64,000 nt of DNA from Sulfurimonadaceae bacterium. GTDB lineage: Bacteria > Campylobacterota > Campylobacteria > Campylobacterales > Sulfurimonadaceae. How positions within the stretch are numbered: position 1 is the stretch's first letter; each line of letters starts with the position of its first letter. Shown piece by piece: positions 27,651-37,864 of this stretch. The notes beneath the pieces were generated by a model. The model was not told the origin of the DNA and did no database searches. It saw nothing but the letters and a program-made list of their open reading frames with translations. The translations under genes were made by a program, and so were the position numbers. Location: assembly GCA_041571435.1 (NCBI GenBank), contig JBFFUI010000007.1, positions 1-64,000 of the forward strand. The letters are read 5' to 3'.

Positions 27651-27731
27651 AGTTAGCTCCTGTATAGAATAGAATTATAAACGCGGGGATTTTAACAAAT
27701 AAAGAACAATAATGCAAGGTGTATCAGTTTT

Positions 27732-27752
27732 GTTTAGTCTTGATGACTAAAC
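27732..27752. promoter_or_regulatory. HAIR-like (HspR-type) operator upstream of htpG
   Basis: Perfect inverted repeat GTTTAGTC-TTGAT-GACTAAAC. Confidence 0.6.
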
Positions 27753-27831
27753 TGTTGACCGGGCAGGGCGATAGGATCAACAACATGAGAAGACGGGGGA
27801 TCAAGCTGAATGAGAAGGTTTGAGCGCCGGA

Positions 27832-30519
27832 TCACTCTTTGATCCGCCAAACATGCATACCGTCTCCGACCGTTACTAAGCGGTGAGAATGCGGGAGAAA
27901 TACAGCGTCTTTGATTTGGCGGCTGCCGCTTATGATGTCGATTTGACGATCGGTTTTTAGATCGAAGAGCTGCACGTTGTGACCGCTGGCGATGAGATAG
28001 CGACCGTCACCGCTCACGTCGATACCGATGAATTCTGCATAAGCATCCGGCTGGATCGTTCGCACGATCTTCTTCGTAGCAAGATCCCAGAATTTCAGGT
28101 TTTGGTTGTTGGCAGTGATCAGTATGCCGGGGTCGTGTGGGTGCAGTTTCAACGCGCTGATGCGTCTTGCCGTGCGATCTTCAAGCTGACGGACAAAACG
28201 CGGTTCGTCCATGTTTTTGACAGACCATATCTCGATATTTCCTTTCTCGCTGCCGAGAAATAATTGTTCGTCTTTTTTCGAATAGGCAACCGATAAAACA
28301 GCGTTGCCGAAGCGTTTGGTGTTATCTGCCCATTTAGGTGTGATTTCGGCGGTGATGCTTTGGCTTGCAATGTCGTACAGCAGTATTTTTTTTCTGTCGG
28401 TTGCGATCAGTATTGTATTGTTGTGTGCAAAAGAGACGATCTTGGCCCCGTCGAGCGGTTTTTCTATCGTGGCCGTTTTCTCTTTGGTGCGCACATCCCA
28501 GATCGTGGAAGGGCCGTAATATTTGCTGACGGCGATCAATGTACCATCGGGCGATATGGCAGCATAGTTATTGTCACCGCCACGCTTCTCTTTCATACGC
28601 ATATAAGGCTTCAAGTCTTTTGTAAGGAACACTGTAACGGGTGTCACCAGGTATTGGCCGTTTGCGCTTAATACGATCTTATTGCCTCCACCCGGTATCT
28701 GCTGGACATGTTCGGCGTTTTCATAGGCGTTGTCCAAGGGTTTGGGGCTGTAGGTATGCAGCTTGGAGGGTGTCTCTTTGACAAAACTGATTGTGTTGGT
28801 TTCCTGCTCTTCGCACAGCCTCTGCACTTGCTTGTAGACGTAGTGCTGCATTTTGATTTTATGGCCGTTGAGCAGGATATAGTCGATCCCTTCATACGTT
28901 TTAGAATTAAAATAGATGTGCTCGGGCCTGTTGAGCTGGATGAACTGGGTACATAACTCGCCTTTTGGGACTTGTGTATAGGTCAGCTTCATCCCGCCTT
29001 GCGATATCCCTTGTATGGTCACATCTTTTCCTATCGGGGCGATTATCCGTCTCTTTTCATCAAGCCATTTTTTTTCGATGATACCCGCTTTGACAGCCTT
29101 GGTGTTGTCAATATCCGGCGAAGGGCGGTTCTCAAACGTTTTGGCATAATATTTCAGTATCGAATCTTTTTGGTCGATGGCCCTGTGCAGTGTGTTTTGA
29201 TCGAATTTTGGTCTTTGCGGTGTCAAAGCGCCGATCGGCTTCGGTGTGGCGGAAAGTTTTGCATCGTTGTCTGTCTGGTTACAGTCGAAAAAGTGTTTCA
29301 GTTCATCGCTTTCACCCTCTTGATCGATCTTCATCCCTATCGTCATCGCCCACCACAATTGCGGGCGAAGGACTTTTTGACTGTATTCGTCTTTCATGCC
29401 GCTTTGTTCGACATCTTCATGCACAGCTTTGATAAAATCGGTGTCGTCTTTTTTGAAGCAGTCGCTCAAACGTGCAAGTTGCAAACCCCCGATCAGGTTG
29501 TCTCCTTTGGCGTTCATTTGTTTCTCGACAATCTTGATGTAGGCTTGCATCTTTTGCTTTTGATCAAGATCGCCGCGATAATTGTCGATGTGTTTTCGGC
29601 TTTTTTTGAAGACGATGCTTTTTTTGGCCGCTTCGACGACCTTATCGACATCCGGTTTGAACGGAGCTACGGTAATTTTGGTGATGTTGTTTTCGCAGTA
29701 TGTTTCAAGTTCTTTGGGAAGGAACTCGGTCTGCAGCGGGTAATAATGCGAGTACAACTCACCGACGCGGGCGATCTTGCGTTTGTGGTTGGAATAAAAA
29801 TTGCCGTTCGCATAAACCCCATGGTATTTTTGGCAGGCTTCGAGATACACCAGTTCTTGTTTCATCCGGTAGCGTTCCTTGGGACGGTCGTATTGGCGGA
29901 TCATCTCTTCTCTCAGGTAGGTATAATGCAGTAAAAGGTCTTTTTTCACGCCGGAAAGATGCTGTTTTTCGATATTCTCGTACACAGATTCCGGGATGGT
30001 GTTTTTAGGCAGTTTTTTCAATGTCGTCAGATCATAATCGGGCAGCGAGCTGTTTTTATCCAGCACTTTGAATTCCGGAGGGGCCTGCAAAATGCTTTTT
30101 CGCAAGTTTGCATCGTATTTGCGCATCCTTTCCGAACTTTCCGAGGCACCGTCGACGCGGATACTGCCTTCGACTCGGCGCAGCTTATTCAGACGCTGTT
30201 TGGCTGTTTGGGAGGGGGTGACGGTCTGCTCCAGTGTGCGGCTGAAGTCGTAGTGGAGTTTGCACGATTGCTCCAGGTCGCTTACGAGATGCCACAAACG
30301 CCAGTAATCCAGCTCGGTTTTGACCAAATCGTCTCTGTGGTCGACATGGTCTATCCTGTATTGCAGGGCCAACAGGTAGGTGTGTAAAACGGTTTTGTCG
30401 TCATTTGAAAAACATTCGAACGAATCGATCAGCTGCACGGACTCTTTGGGTAATGTATCGGAAAGATACAGTGCAGATGATGCGCTAGACAGGAGGAAAA
30501 TGAACAAAAGGGCTTTCAT
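27832..30519 (-). CDS. Large secreted protein with C-terminal WD40 beta-propeller
   Basis: Signal peptide; AISPDG...IWDV, LLYDI, IEIWSV, LKFWDL, QLFDL repeats. Confidence 0.8.
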   Translation of the reverse strand: MKALLFIFLLSSASSALYLSDTLPKESVQLIDSFECFSNDDKTVLHTYLLALQYRIDHVDHRDDLVKTELDYWRLWHLVSDLEQSCKLHYDFSRTLEQTVTPSQTAKQRLNKLRRVEGSIRVDGASESSERMRKYDANLRKSILQAPPEFKVLDKNSSLPDYDLTTLKKLPKNTIPESVYENIEKQHLSGVKKDLLLHYTYLREEMIRQYDRPKERYRMKQELVYLEACQKYHGVYANGNFYSNHKRKIARVGELYSHYYPLQTEFLPKELETYCENNITKITVAPFKPDVDKVVEAAKKSIVFKKSRKHIDNYRGDLDQKQKMQAYIKIVEKQMNAKGDNLIGGLQLARLSDCFKKDDTDFIKAVHEDVEQSGMKDEYSQKVLRPQLWWAMTIGMKIDQEGESDELKHFFDCNQTDNDAKLSATPKPIGALTPQRPKFDQNTLHRAIDQKDSILKYYAKTFENRPSPDIDNTKAVKAGIIEKKWLDEKRRIIAPIGKDVTIQGISQGGMKLTYTQVPKGELCTQFIQLNRPEHIYFNSKTYEGIDYILLNGHKIKMQHYVYKQVQRLCEEQETNTISFVKETPSKLHTYSPKPLDNAYENAEHVQQIPGGGNKIVLSANGQYLVTPVTVFLTKDLKPYMRMKEKRGGDNNYAAISPDGTLIAVSKYYGPSTIWDVRTKEKTATIEKPLDGAKIVSFAHNNTILIATDRKKILLYDIASQSITAEITPKWADNTKRFGNAVLSVAYSKKDEQLFLGSEKGNIEIWSVKNMDEPRFVRQLEDRTARRISALKLHPHDPGILITANNQNLKFWDLATKKIVRTIQPDAYAEFIGIDVSGDGRYLIASGHNVQLFDLKTDRQIDIISGSRQIKDAVFLPHSHRLVTVGDGMHVWRIKE

Positions 30520-30639
30520 GTACAGGCCTTGTATTAGAAGTGTATTATAGTATCTTTTGTTAACTTAATATCACAATACATATTATTATCTAATCTTTTA
30601 TTCATTTATATCAGGGCAGGTTTATGCGCTGCAGGACTA

Positions 30640-31146
30640 TCAACGGTGTTTTGCTGCGTTGAGGCGTTTCATCAATCTTGAACCTAGCACCTGTACCAGT
30701 ACGCTTTCGGCATACAGAAAAGGGGCATAGATCAGTACAAGGACATAGACCATGCCCGAATCGTTGATCTGATTGCCTTGCAAGACGATCGGCGATAACA
30801 GCAGATTGGCATAGACAAGCGGCAGCAGGCCGGTGTTGACGGTGATCGCGTTGATCTTGTCAAATGTTTCTTTTTGAACGCCCTTGTACCTGCGCAGCGC
30901 CATAGCAAAACGCTGCGGTGATGGCCAGGAAAAAAGCATCCCGCCGAACGCTGCGTCATTATAGCTTTGATAGGCGAAGATCAGCAAGGCCCATGCCGGG
31001 AGAATAAGTGGGAAGGCAGTAAGAAGTTTCATACGTAACGTCTCAGTATTTAATATTGCAACCGATGCAGTAGCAAACAGTGGTAGGAAGATCGAAAAGA
31101 AAGTGATCGAGAAGTTTGCTATGACGTAATAGTGCAGTCTATGCAT
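30640..31146 (-). CDS. Membrane protein whose first ~29 aa derive from an lptF copy (alternative start at 31032)
   Basis: MHRLHYYVIANFSITFFSIFLPLFATAS versus LptF MHKLRRYIISNFSISFFSIFLPLFAIAS; remainder unrelated. Confidence 0.6.
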   Translation of the reverse strand: MHRLHYYVIANFSITFFSIFLPLFATASVAILNTETLRMKLLTAFPLILPAWALLIFAYQSYNDAAFGGMLFSWPSPQRFAMALRRYKGVQKETFDKINAITVNTGLLPLVYANLLLSPIVLQGNQINDSGMVYVLVLIYAPFLYAESVLVQVLGSRLMKRLNAAKHR

Positions 31147-31238
31147 ACAGCACCTTCAAAAAAGAGAGAACAGGGGCCTTGAACATGTAAACGATATAAG
31201 TGGCGAGGGCAAGGAACGGGATGAACGGCAGGCGTCTG
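31061..31238 (-). repeat. Diverged copy of the pilD 3' / lptF 5' junction (native at ~33583-33760)
   Basis: Encodes RRLPFIPFLALATYIVYMFKAPVLSFLKVLYA* versus native QRLPFIPFLALAAFIVYMLETPILAYLKVLYA*, with the same ATGCATA stop/start overlap. Confidence 0.85.
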
Positions 31239-31341
31239 CTTTACTCGTCATCGATAACAAAGAGAACACCGAAATCAAGCTCAACTTCGCGTTTTAATAT
31301 CCGCAGTGTGCCGAAAACGTTTGCTCTCTTTGGTTGAGGGT

Positions 31342-31776
31342 CTATTTGACTTCGATCTTTTTGACCTCTTCAGTCGCACTTTTTAACTTGGGAATAACGA
31401 TTTCCAGTACGCCGTCCTCGTTGGATGCCGTGATGTTCTCGGCATCGGCGTCTTCAGGGAGGCTGAAACTGCGTTCAAACTTACCGAACGAGCTCTCGAC
31501 ACGATGGTAATCTTTTTCATTGATCTCTTTTTTATGCTTTCGTTCGCCTGACAAGGTGATCATGTTGCCTTTGACGTTGATCTTGATGTCCTCTTTCTTA
31601 ACGCCCGGAAGGTCGGCATCGACATGGTAGGCAAACTCTCCTTCACGCGTATTAACGACAGGGTTGAACCCGCTCAAAGAAGACGAACCTTCACCTTCAA
31701 ACTCACTTAACAGTGAATTGAACCTTTTTCTGAAATCTTTAAACTCATCGAATGGATTGTACTTTGTAAGTAGCAT
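31342..31776 (-). CDS. Hsp20/alpha-crystallin small heat-shock protein
   Basis: DLPGVKKEDI, GKFERSFSLP, EDGVLEI.IPK. Confidence 0.95.
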   Translation of the reverse strand: MLLTKYNPFDEFKDFRKRFNSLLSEFEGEGSSSLSGFNPVVNTREGEFAYHVDADLPGVKKEDIKINVKGNMITLSGERKHKKEINEKDYHRVESSFGKFERSFSLPEDADAENITASNEDGVLEIVIPKLKSATEEVKKIEVK

Positions 31777-31917
31777 TATCTACTCCTCTTTTAAAATTCA
31801 AAGAAGTTAAAAAGCATGATGTTTCGAAACGAGATATAACCTCTTTTAATGATTCTAAGACGTGTCATCTTAAAATCATATAATTAAAAGTGATTAATAG
31901 TCGAGCGGTTAGGTACG

Positions 31918-32643
31918 TCAATAGACGATCTTGCTCAGGTAGAGCCCCTGATGCGGTGCGGGTTTGAGTTTGACCTGTGTTTTGCCCTCAAGCTGCAGCA
32001 GCAGATCGTCTTTGGTGTAGACCCCTTCACTGATCTTGAGCAGAAATCCGACCATCAGACGGACCTGCGAACGCAGAAAGCCGTTGGCTTCAAAATAGAG
32101 CACCGTGTAGCCTTTATGGCGGTAGACCCTCGTCTTGTAGATCTCCCGGACAAAGTTGTCGGTGTCGCTGCCGCTTTTTTTGAACCGCTCAAAGTCATGC
32201 TCGCCCTCGAAGAGGGTGATGGCTTCTCTGATCTTGGCCTCCTCAAGCGTGTCAACATAGGTGACGAGGTCGGCTAAAAAAGGGTTGGGTTTTTCGGTGG
32301 AGATGATGTAGCGGTAGGCACGCTTTTTGGCGGAGTAGCGGGCGTGGAAATCGTCGTTGACCTGTTCGAGACGGCGGATGCCGATGTTTTTGGGCAGGGC
32401 GCGGACGAGCTCTCTTTCAAGCTTTTGCAGGTCGTTCCAGAAGGGGGGAAGATCAAAGTGGATGACCTGCCGGGTAGCGTGCACGCCCCGGTCCGTTCTG
32501 CCTGAGGCCTGGACTTTGGCATCGATCTGCAGGGCGTTCAGCGCTTTTTCGATCTGCCCGTTGACGGTCTGTTCCGTCTCTTTTTGGATCTGTGAACCAA
32601 AGTAATCGGCCCCGTTGTAGGCGATGGTCATCTTGACACGCAT
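31918..32643 (-). CDS. truA: tRNA pseudouridine(38-40) synthase
   Basis: SGRTDRGVHA, FHARYSA, GFLRSQVR. Confidence 0.95.
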   Translation of the reverse strand: MRVKMTIAYNGADYFGSQIQKETEQTVNGQIEKALNALQIDAKVQASGRTDRGVHATRQVIHFDLPPFWNDLQKLERELVRALPKNIGIRRLEQVNDDFHARYSAKKRAYRYIISTEKPNPFLADLVTYVDTLEEAKIREAITLFEGEHDFERFKKSGSDTDNFVREIYKTRVYRHKGYTVLYFEANGFLRSQVRLMVGFLLKISEGVYTKDDLLLQLEGKTQVKLKPAPHQGLYLSKIVY

Positions 32644-33668
32644 TAGAACCTGCTGACGATCTTACGTCGGTAATAAGGGTAGGTCACGGCAAGCCAGCCG
32701 ATGACCACGGCCGGTATGGCGTAAAAGCCCAGGGGACCGACCAGGCCGAAACTGAACCCGTAGTAAAGTACAAAGGAGACAAAAAGGTAGAGATAGATGT
32801 AGGCCTTTTGATGCCGTACATGCGCGACGCCGATCGCAAGGACCATAAAGATGCTCAAGATCGGAAACAGTGCGATGTTGATCTGCGAGATCAGTCTCTT
32901 GGTCAGTTTCTCCTGCGCCGAAGGCTCGTTGTTGAACCAGTAGTCGTAGGCATTGAGGTATTTCATCTGTTTTGCCGTCATGATATCATTGATGAACATC
33001 GTCTCGAACTTCATCTGCGACATGGACTCGGCCGTATAGCTGTAGCCTTTGCCTTGGAAGAGCTTCAGCTGCAGAACACCGGCATTGTTTTTGATCTCGG
33101 CATTTTTGGCGCCGATGATGATCTCTTCATTTTTGTCTTTGTGGAACAAAACGACATCACCAAAGGTCTTGTCGTCATTGTCTTTACCGATGTACAAGAG
33201 CCAGGAACCGAACCGGTGGCCGAACTCCGATGCACTGACGTTGAACTTTGCTTCACTCTTTTTCTGGTTGAAAAAATTGAACTCGAGCGTCTTGGTGTGC
33301 GGAAAGAGAAAAAAGAAGTTAAAGACCAGCAGCAGGCTCAGCATGGCTGCCGGTACCAGCAGCACCCTGATGAGATAGTTCGGTTTGATCCCCAGTGTAA
33401 AGAGGATGACCATCTCATTGTCGGTCGATAGACGAAAAAGCGCGAGTGTCGCGGCGATAAAGAAGGTGATCGGCAGGGTATAGAAAAAGAGCTCGGGCAG
33501 GACAAAGAGGTAGAGTTTGAACATCTCCCAGACATTCAACTGCACATAGGAGGTGTAGGTTGCCAGCTTGATCATGAAGATGATGGAAGCGATGGCGAAC
33601 AGAGGTAGAAATATCGAAAAGAACGAGATCGAAAAGTTCGATATGATGTACCGGCGAAGCTTATGCAT
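32643..33668 (-). CDS. lptF: LptF/LptG family LPS export permease
   Basis: 3 TM + periplasmic domain + 3 TM; RLSTDNEM motif; synteny. Confidence 0.8.
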   Translation of the reverse strand: MHKLRRYIISNFSISFFSIFLPLFAIASIIFMIKLATYTSYVQLNVWEMFKLYLFVLPELFFYTLPITFFIAATLALFRLSTDNEMVILFTLGIKPNYLIRVLLVPAAMLSLLLVFNFFFLFPHTKTLEFNFFNQKKSEAKFNVSASEFGHRFGSWLLYIGKDNDDKTFGDVVLFHKDKNEEIIIGAKNAEIKNNAGVLQLKLFQGKGYSYTAESMSQMKFETMFINDIMTAKQMKYLNAYDYWFNNEPSAQEKLTKRLISQINIALFPILSIFMVLAIGVAHVRHQKAYIYLYLFVSFVLYYGFSFGLVGPLGFYAIPAVVIGWLAVTYPYYRRKIVSRF

Positions 33669-34485
33669 ACAGGACTTTCAAATAGGCTAGGATAGGCGTT
33701 TCCAGCATATAGACAATAAAGGCTGCCAGGGCCAGGAACGGGATAAACGGCAGACGTTGGCTCTCAGCGTCTTTACCGCGTACAAGCAAGATGGCAGGCA
33801 GGGCGAGCAGAGCCGACAGGAAGACCGCGACCAGAGCGAGCTGGATGCCCATCAATGCCCCCATCGTCGCTGCGACCATGATATCGCCTTCACCCATCGC
33901 TTCAAAATAGAGCGGCATCGGGTTGTAGTTTCGGACCCATGACGGTTTTTTTGCGGGTTGGACAAAGGCTTTGGTCCGTGCATAGAGATAGTAGGAGAGA
34001 TAAAAACGCAAAAGGGTAAAGCCGCCGGCCAGCAGCAGGGCGTTGACAAAGTTCAACGCCAGCATCTGCGGATCGCTGACACTGACGACTGCAAGGGTCA
34101 AGGCCAGCAGGTTGAGACTGTCTGGCACCATCTTGTAGTAGAAGTCGATCATCGCCAGTGTCAACAGGGTCAAAAAGGTCAGTGCGATGCCCAATGTGGC
34201 GATGGACGGCTCATTTTTCAAAAAGATACTCATGAAAAGAAGACCGCTGAGTATCTCGATGATAGGGTACTGTATGGAGATCTTCTCTCCGCAGAAAGCG
34301 CATTTGCCGCGCAGCAACAGCCAGGAGATGACCGGGATGTTGTGGTAGGGCTTGAGGGCGGTGTTACAACTTTGACAGTGTGATGCCGGGTAAGCGACGT
34401 TTTCACCCCGCGGAAGCCTGTAGATGACAACGTTTAAAAAAGAGCCGATAACGGCCCCAAAGATGAATGTAATAAGTCCTATCAC
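33661..34485 (-). CDS. pilD: Prepilin peptidase (A24)
   Basis: GSFLNVVIYRLP, two CxxC pairs, MGEGDI, LPFIPFL. Confidence 0.9.
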   Translation of the reverse strand: MIGLITFIFGAVIGSFLNVVIYRLPRGENVAYPASHCQSCNTALKPYHNIPVISWLLLRGKCAFCGEKISIQYPIIEILSGLLFMSIFLKNEPSIATLGIALTFLTLLTLAMIDFYYKMVPDSLNLLALTLAVVSVSDPQMLALNFVNALLLAGGFTLLRFYLSYYLYARTKAFVQPAKKPSWVRNYNPMPLYFEAMGEGDIMVAATMGALMGIQLALVAVFLSALLALPAILLVRGKDAESQRLPFIPFLALAAFIVYMLETPILAYLKVLYA

Positions 34486-35168
34486 GATTTTAATCCTCCA
34501 AATCGGCGTTCAATGGTTGAAAATTGATGAATAATCGACTCGAGTTCATAGGTGGAGAAATCGGGCCAAAGGGTGTTGATGAAAAAGAGCTCGGCATATG
34601 CCGCCTGCCACAGAAGGTAGTTTGAGAGACGATGGTCACCGCCTGTCCTGATCAGCAGGTCGACCGGTACGGAACAGTCCAGCGCAGCGCTTAAGCTCTC
34701 TTCGGTGATTGTTTCGCCGGCATCGACGAGTGTATTGGCGGCACGTACAAGCTCATCTTTCGCGCCGTAGTTGAGGGCAAGACTCTGCACAAGACCACGG
34801 TTGTGTCTGGTCTTTTCCTCTACGATCTCGATGGTACTCAGCAGCGGTCTTGAAAAACCCGACAGGTCGCCGATAGGCTCAAAACGGATGTTGTGCTCCA
34901 TATAGGTGTCAAGCTCTTTTTGCAGGTAGCGGTCAAGCAGTTTCATCAGAAATTCGACTTCGAGTTTTGGCCGTTTCCAGTTCTCCGTGCTGAAGGCATA
35001 GAGAGTAAGACGCTCGATATCCTTATGGTCTGCACAGTACTTTGTCACTTCGCGGACTACCTCTGCACCGGCTTCATGGCCTTTAACACGTTTCAGGCCT
35101 TGAAGCTGAGCCCAGCGGCCGTTTCCATCCATGATGATAGCGATGTGATGCGGTGTGTTTACCTTCAT
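34482..35168 (-). CDS. uppS: Undecaprenyl diphosphate synthase
   Basis: HIAIIMDGNGRWA, FSTENWKRP, RTGG..RLSNYLLWQ. Confidence 0.95.
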   Translation of the reverse strand: MKVNTPHHIAIIMDGNGRWAQLQGLKRVKGHEAGAEVVREVTKYCADHKDIERLTLYAFSTENWKRPKLEVEFLMKLLDRYLQKELDTYMEHNIRFEPIGDLSGFSRPLLSTIEIVEEKTRHNRGLVQSLALNYGAKDELVRAANTLVDAGETITEESLSAALDCSVPVDLLIRTGGDHRLSNYLLWQAAYAELFFINTLWPDFSTYELESIIHQFSTIERRFGGLKS

Positions 35169-36433
35169 AAAGCGGCAGCCTTGTCCAAAATAAGAAGCGA
35201 AAGGGCGAGTTTGTTCATTTTCGGCAGGCTGTCGATGCCGTGGGCCGTGATAAAGTCTATCTGGTTATCAGCCGTCCCAAAACTGCTGCTGTCTTTGAGC
35301 AGGTTTAGACAGACGGCATCAACCGCTTTTGTATCGATCATGGACGATGCGTTCCTGATGGATTCATCCACATCCATCTCGGCTTTGAACGCGACGGTCT
35401 TGATACCTGAACGCTCAAGCGTGGATAGAAGGTCGATGTTCTGTTTCAACTCAAGGTTCCATGTCTCACCGAGCTGGACTTTTTTGATCTTTCCCTCCTG
35501 CGGGAAACGGGGGATAAAGTCACTGACTGCTGCCGCCATGAAGAGATAGGGCTCTTTCTGGATCAGCTGCAGTGCGTCATCGTTGACCAAAGAGGGTTTG
35601 CTCATCTTCCCTTTCTTGGCAATGCGGATGGAGTCTTTGAGATAGTCGTACATCTCGTCCGACGATTCGACATCGATGGTATGGACATGTTTCGGCAAGT
35701 CACTCTCAAAACGCGTCGCTATGAGGTTGACGTCGGACCCTTTTAAAAAGAGGGCTGTTGCAAGAGATGAGGCCATCTTTCCGCTTGAGTAGTTGGAGAG
35801 GTAGCGTACATCGTCGATCTTCTCAACGGTACCGCCGCCGGTGACCATGACCATACGGTCTTCCCAGAACTTCTCTTTGAGTAGGGTGCGTGCACTGTAC
35901 CAGAAGATGTCCAGCGGTTCTGCCATGGCGCCGTCGCCGGTAGTCTGGCAGGCCAGCTCTTTGACCTGGGTGTCGATCACCTCATAGTTGGAGACCTGCA
36001 GCATCTTCAATGATCCCTGGGTAATAGGGTTTTGCAGCATATTGGTGTTGGCTGAAGGTGCGATGAGTTTGATGCGGGGGTACGCCAGAGCGCACTGCAA
36101 CAGCATATTGTCGGCTATAGCATTGGCCAGTTTGGCGATAGTGTTGGCGGTACAGGGGGCGATGACAAAAAGATCGGCCCACTGGGTTGTTTTGATGTGG
36201 TTGTGGTCATCTGCCCATGACTCGCTTGCTTCATCAAGGACCTTGTTACGAGAGAGCGTCTCGAAACTGAGCGGTGCGACAAACTTTTTGGACGATTCGC
36301 TCATCACTACCTTGACCTCGGCACCCGCTTTGACGAAAAGACGCACTAACTCCAACGATTTATATACGGCTATTGAGCCTGTGACCCCTAAGAGGACCTT
36401 TTTGCCTTCGAGCAGATTTTCAGGGATTAACAC
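35165..36433 (-). CDS. coaBC: Phosphopantothenoylcysteine decarboxylase/synthetase
   Basis: [34 protein letters not shown]. Confidence 0.95.
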   Translation of the reverse strand: MLIPENLLEGKKVLLGVTGSIAVYKSLELVRLFVKAGAEVKVVMSESSKKFVAPLSFETLSRNKVLDEASESWADDHNHIKTTQWADLFVIAPCTANTIAKLANAIADNMLLQCALAYPRIKLIAPSANTNMLQNPITQGSLKMLQVSNYEVIDTQVKELACQTTGDGAMAEPLDIFWYSARTLLKEKFWEDRMVMVTGGGTVEKIDDVRYLSNYSSGKMASSLATALFLKGSDVNLIATRFESDLPKHVHTIDVESSDEMYDYLKDSIRIAKKGKMSKPSLVNDDALQLIQKEPYLFMAAAVSDFIPRFPQEGKIKKVQLGETWNLELKQNIDLLSTLERSGIKTVAFKAEMDVDESIRNASSMIDTKAVDAVCLNLLKDSSSFGTADNQIDFITAHGIDSLPKMNKLALSLLILDKAAAL

Positions 36434-37737
36434 GACTTCTCCTTGTTAAAAAACCGATAGAAGAAGTTCTCTATGGTCTTGAGCTTGGCGCGGCTGAGCA
36501 CCAGAACGCCGCTTTTGACATGGTCGCTTGTCACGGTTGTTCCGGCTGCGACCATCACGTCGTCTTCAATCGTACAGGGTGCGACGATCTGGCTGTCGGA
36601 ACCGACAAAAACATTTTTACCGATAACCGTCTTGTATTTATTGATGCCGTCGTAATTACAGGTGATGACACCGGCGCCGATGTTACTGCCGCTGCCGATC
36701 TCGGCATCACCGATGTAGCTTAGATGACCGGCTTTGACGCCGTCCAGGGTCGATTTCTTGACTTCGACAAAGTTACCGATGTGCGTGTCTTTGAGCTCAG
36801 AAAGAGGACGGAGGTGTCCCATCGGACCGACATCTGAGTTCTCCATGACAGAGTCTTCGACGACGGAGTGTGCTTTGATGTGGGAGTTGATTATCTTTGA
36901 ATTTCCGCAGACACGAACCCCGTTTTCTAAAATACATTCGCCTTCAAACACAACACCCTCTTCAATATAGATTGTCTGCGGAAGCTGCATGACAACGCCA
37001 GCTGCCATCCACTTGTTGCGAATACGCTCCTGCATGATCTCTTCAGCAGCGGCCAGATCGATCTTGGAGTTGACCCCTTTGAAGTGCTCTTCATCGACTT
37101 CCAGCGGTTCGATGTTGATACCGTCGGCTTTTGCCAGTGCGATAACGTCTGTCAAATAGTATTCTCTCTGGGCGTTGTCGTTGCTCAACTGAGGGACATA
37201 CTTCTCAAGCACTTCGCGTTTGAAACTATAGATACCGGCATTGACATAGTTGATAAAAAGCTCTTCTGGCGTGGCGTCTTTCTGTTCGACAATACGCTGG
37301 ACACCGTGTTTGTCTATGATGACACGTCCGTAACCGGAGGGGTCATCAAGGTTGAAGATCGACATCACGATGGCGCTGTTGCTTTCAACAAAACCGCTGA
37401 GTGCATCCGCCGTTATAAGCGGCATGTCACCATTAAGCACCAGTACCTTCTCGTAACGCGGCGCAATCCCCATTACGGCACCGCCGGTTCCAGGGAAGTT
37501 GTCTGTGTTCTGGGTCACAAAGGTGATGTTGTCAAACTCGGCTTTCATCGCTTCGACAACCGCCTCTTTTTGGTGGGCGACGACAACAATGACATCATCG
37601 GTCAGTGACAGAGAAGCTTTGATAGAGTGATACAGCATCGGTTTGCCACTGATAGAGTGAAGGACCTTCGCCTTGGGTGATTTCATGCGGCTGCCTTTAC
37701 CGGCTGCCAATATAACGATCGAAAGTTGGGTATCCAT
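36427..37737 (-). CDS. glmU: UDP-GlcNAc pyrophosphorylase/GlcN-1-P acetyltransferase
   Basis: [30 protein letters not shown]. Confidence 0.97.
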   Translation of the reverse strand: MDTQLSIVILAAGKGSRMKSPKAKVLHSISGKPMLYHSIKASLSLTDDVIVVVAHQKEAVVEAMKAEFDNITFVTQNTDNFPGTGGAVMGIAPRYEKVLVLNGDMPLITADALSGFVESNSAIVMSIFNLDDPSGYGRVIIDKHGVQRIVEQKDATPEELFINYVNAGIYSFKREVLEKYVPQLSNDNAQREYYLTDVIALAKADGINIEPLEVDEEHFKGVNSKIDLAAAEEIMQERIRNKWMAAGVVMQLPQTIYIEEGVVFEGECILENGVRVCGNSKIINSHIKAHSVVEDSVMENSDVGPMGHLRPLSELKDTHIGNFVEVKKSTLDGVKAGHLSYIGDAEIGSGSNIGAGVITCNYDGINKYKTVIGKNVFVGSDSQIVAPCTIEDDVMVAAGTTVTSDHVKSGVLVLSRAKLKTIENFFYRFFNKEKSC

Positions 37738-37864
37738 AAAATTGTTCTCTGTTTTTTATTGCTATTTTAGCGTAAGAAGATGGATTTGAGGTTAGAGAGT
37801 GATTTTAGGCGCTCCTAAATCAACACTTTGGCATAATGTCATCACTAAAAACAGGGTAATTGAT

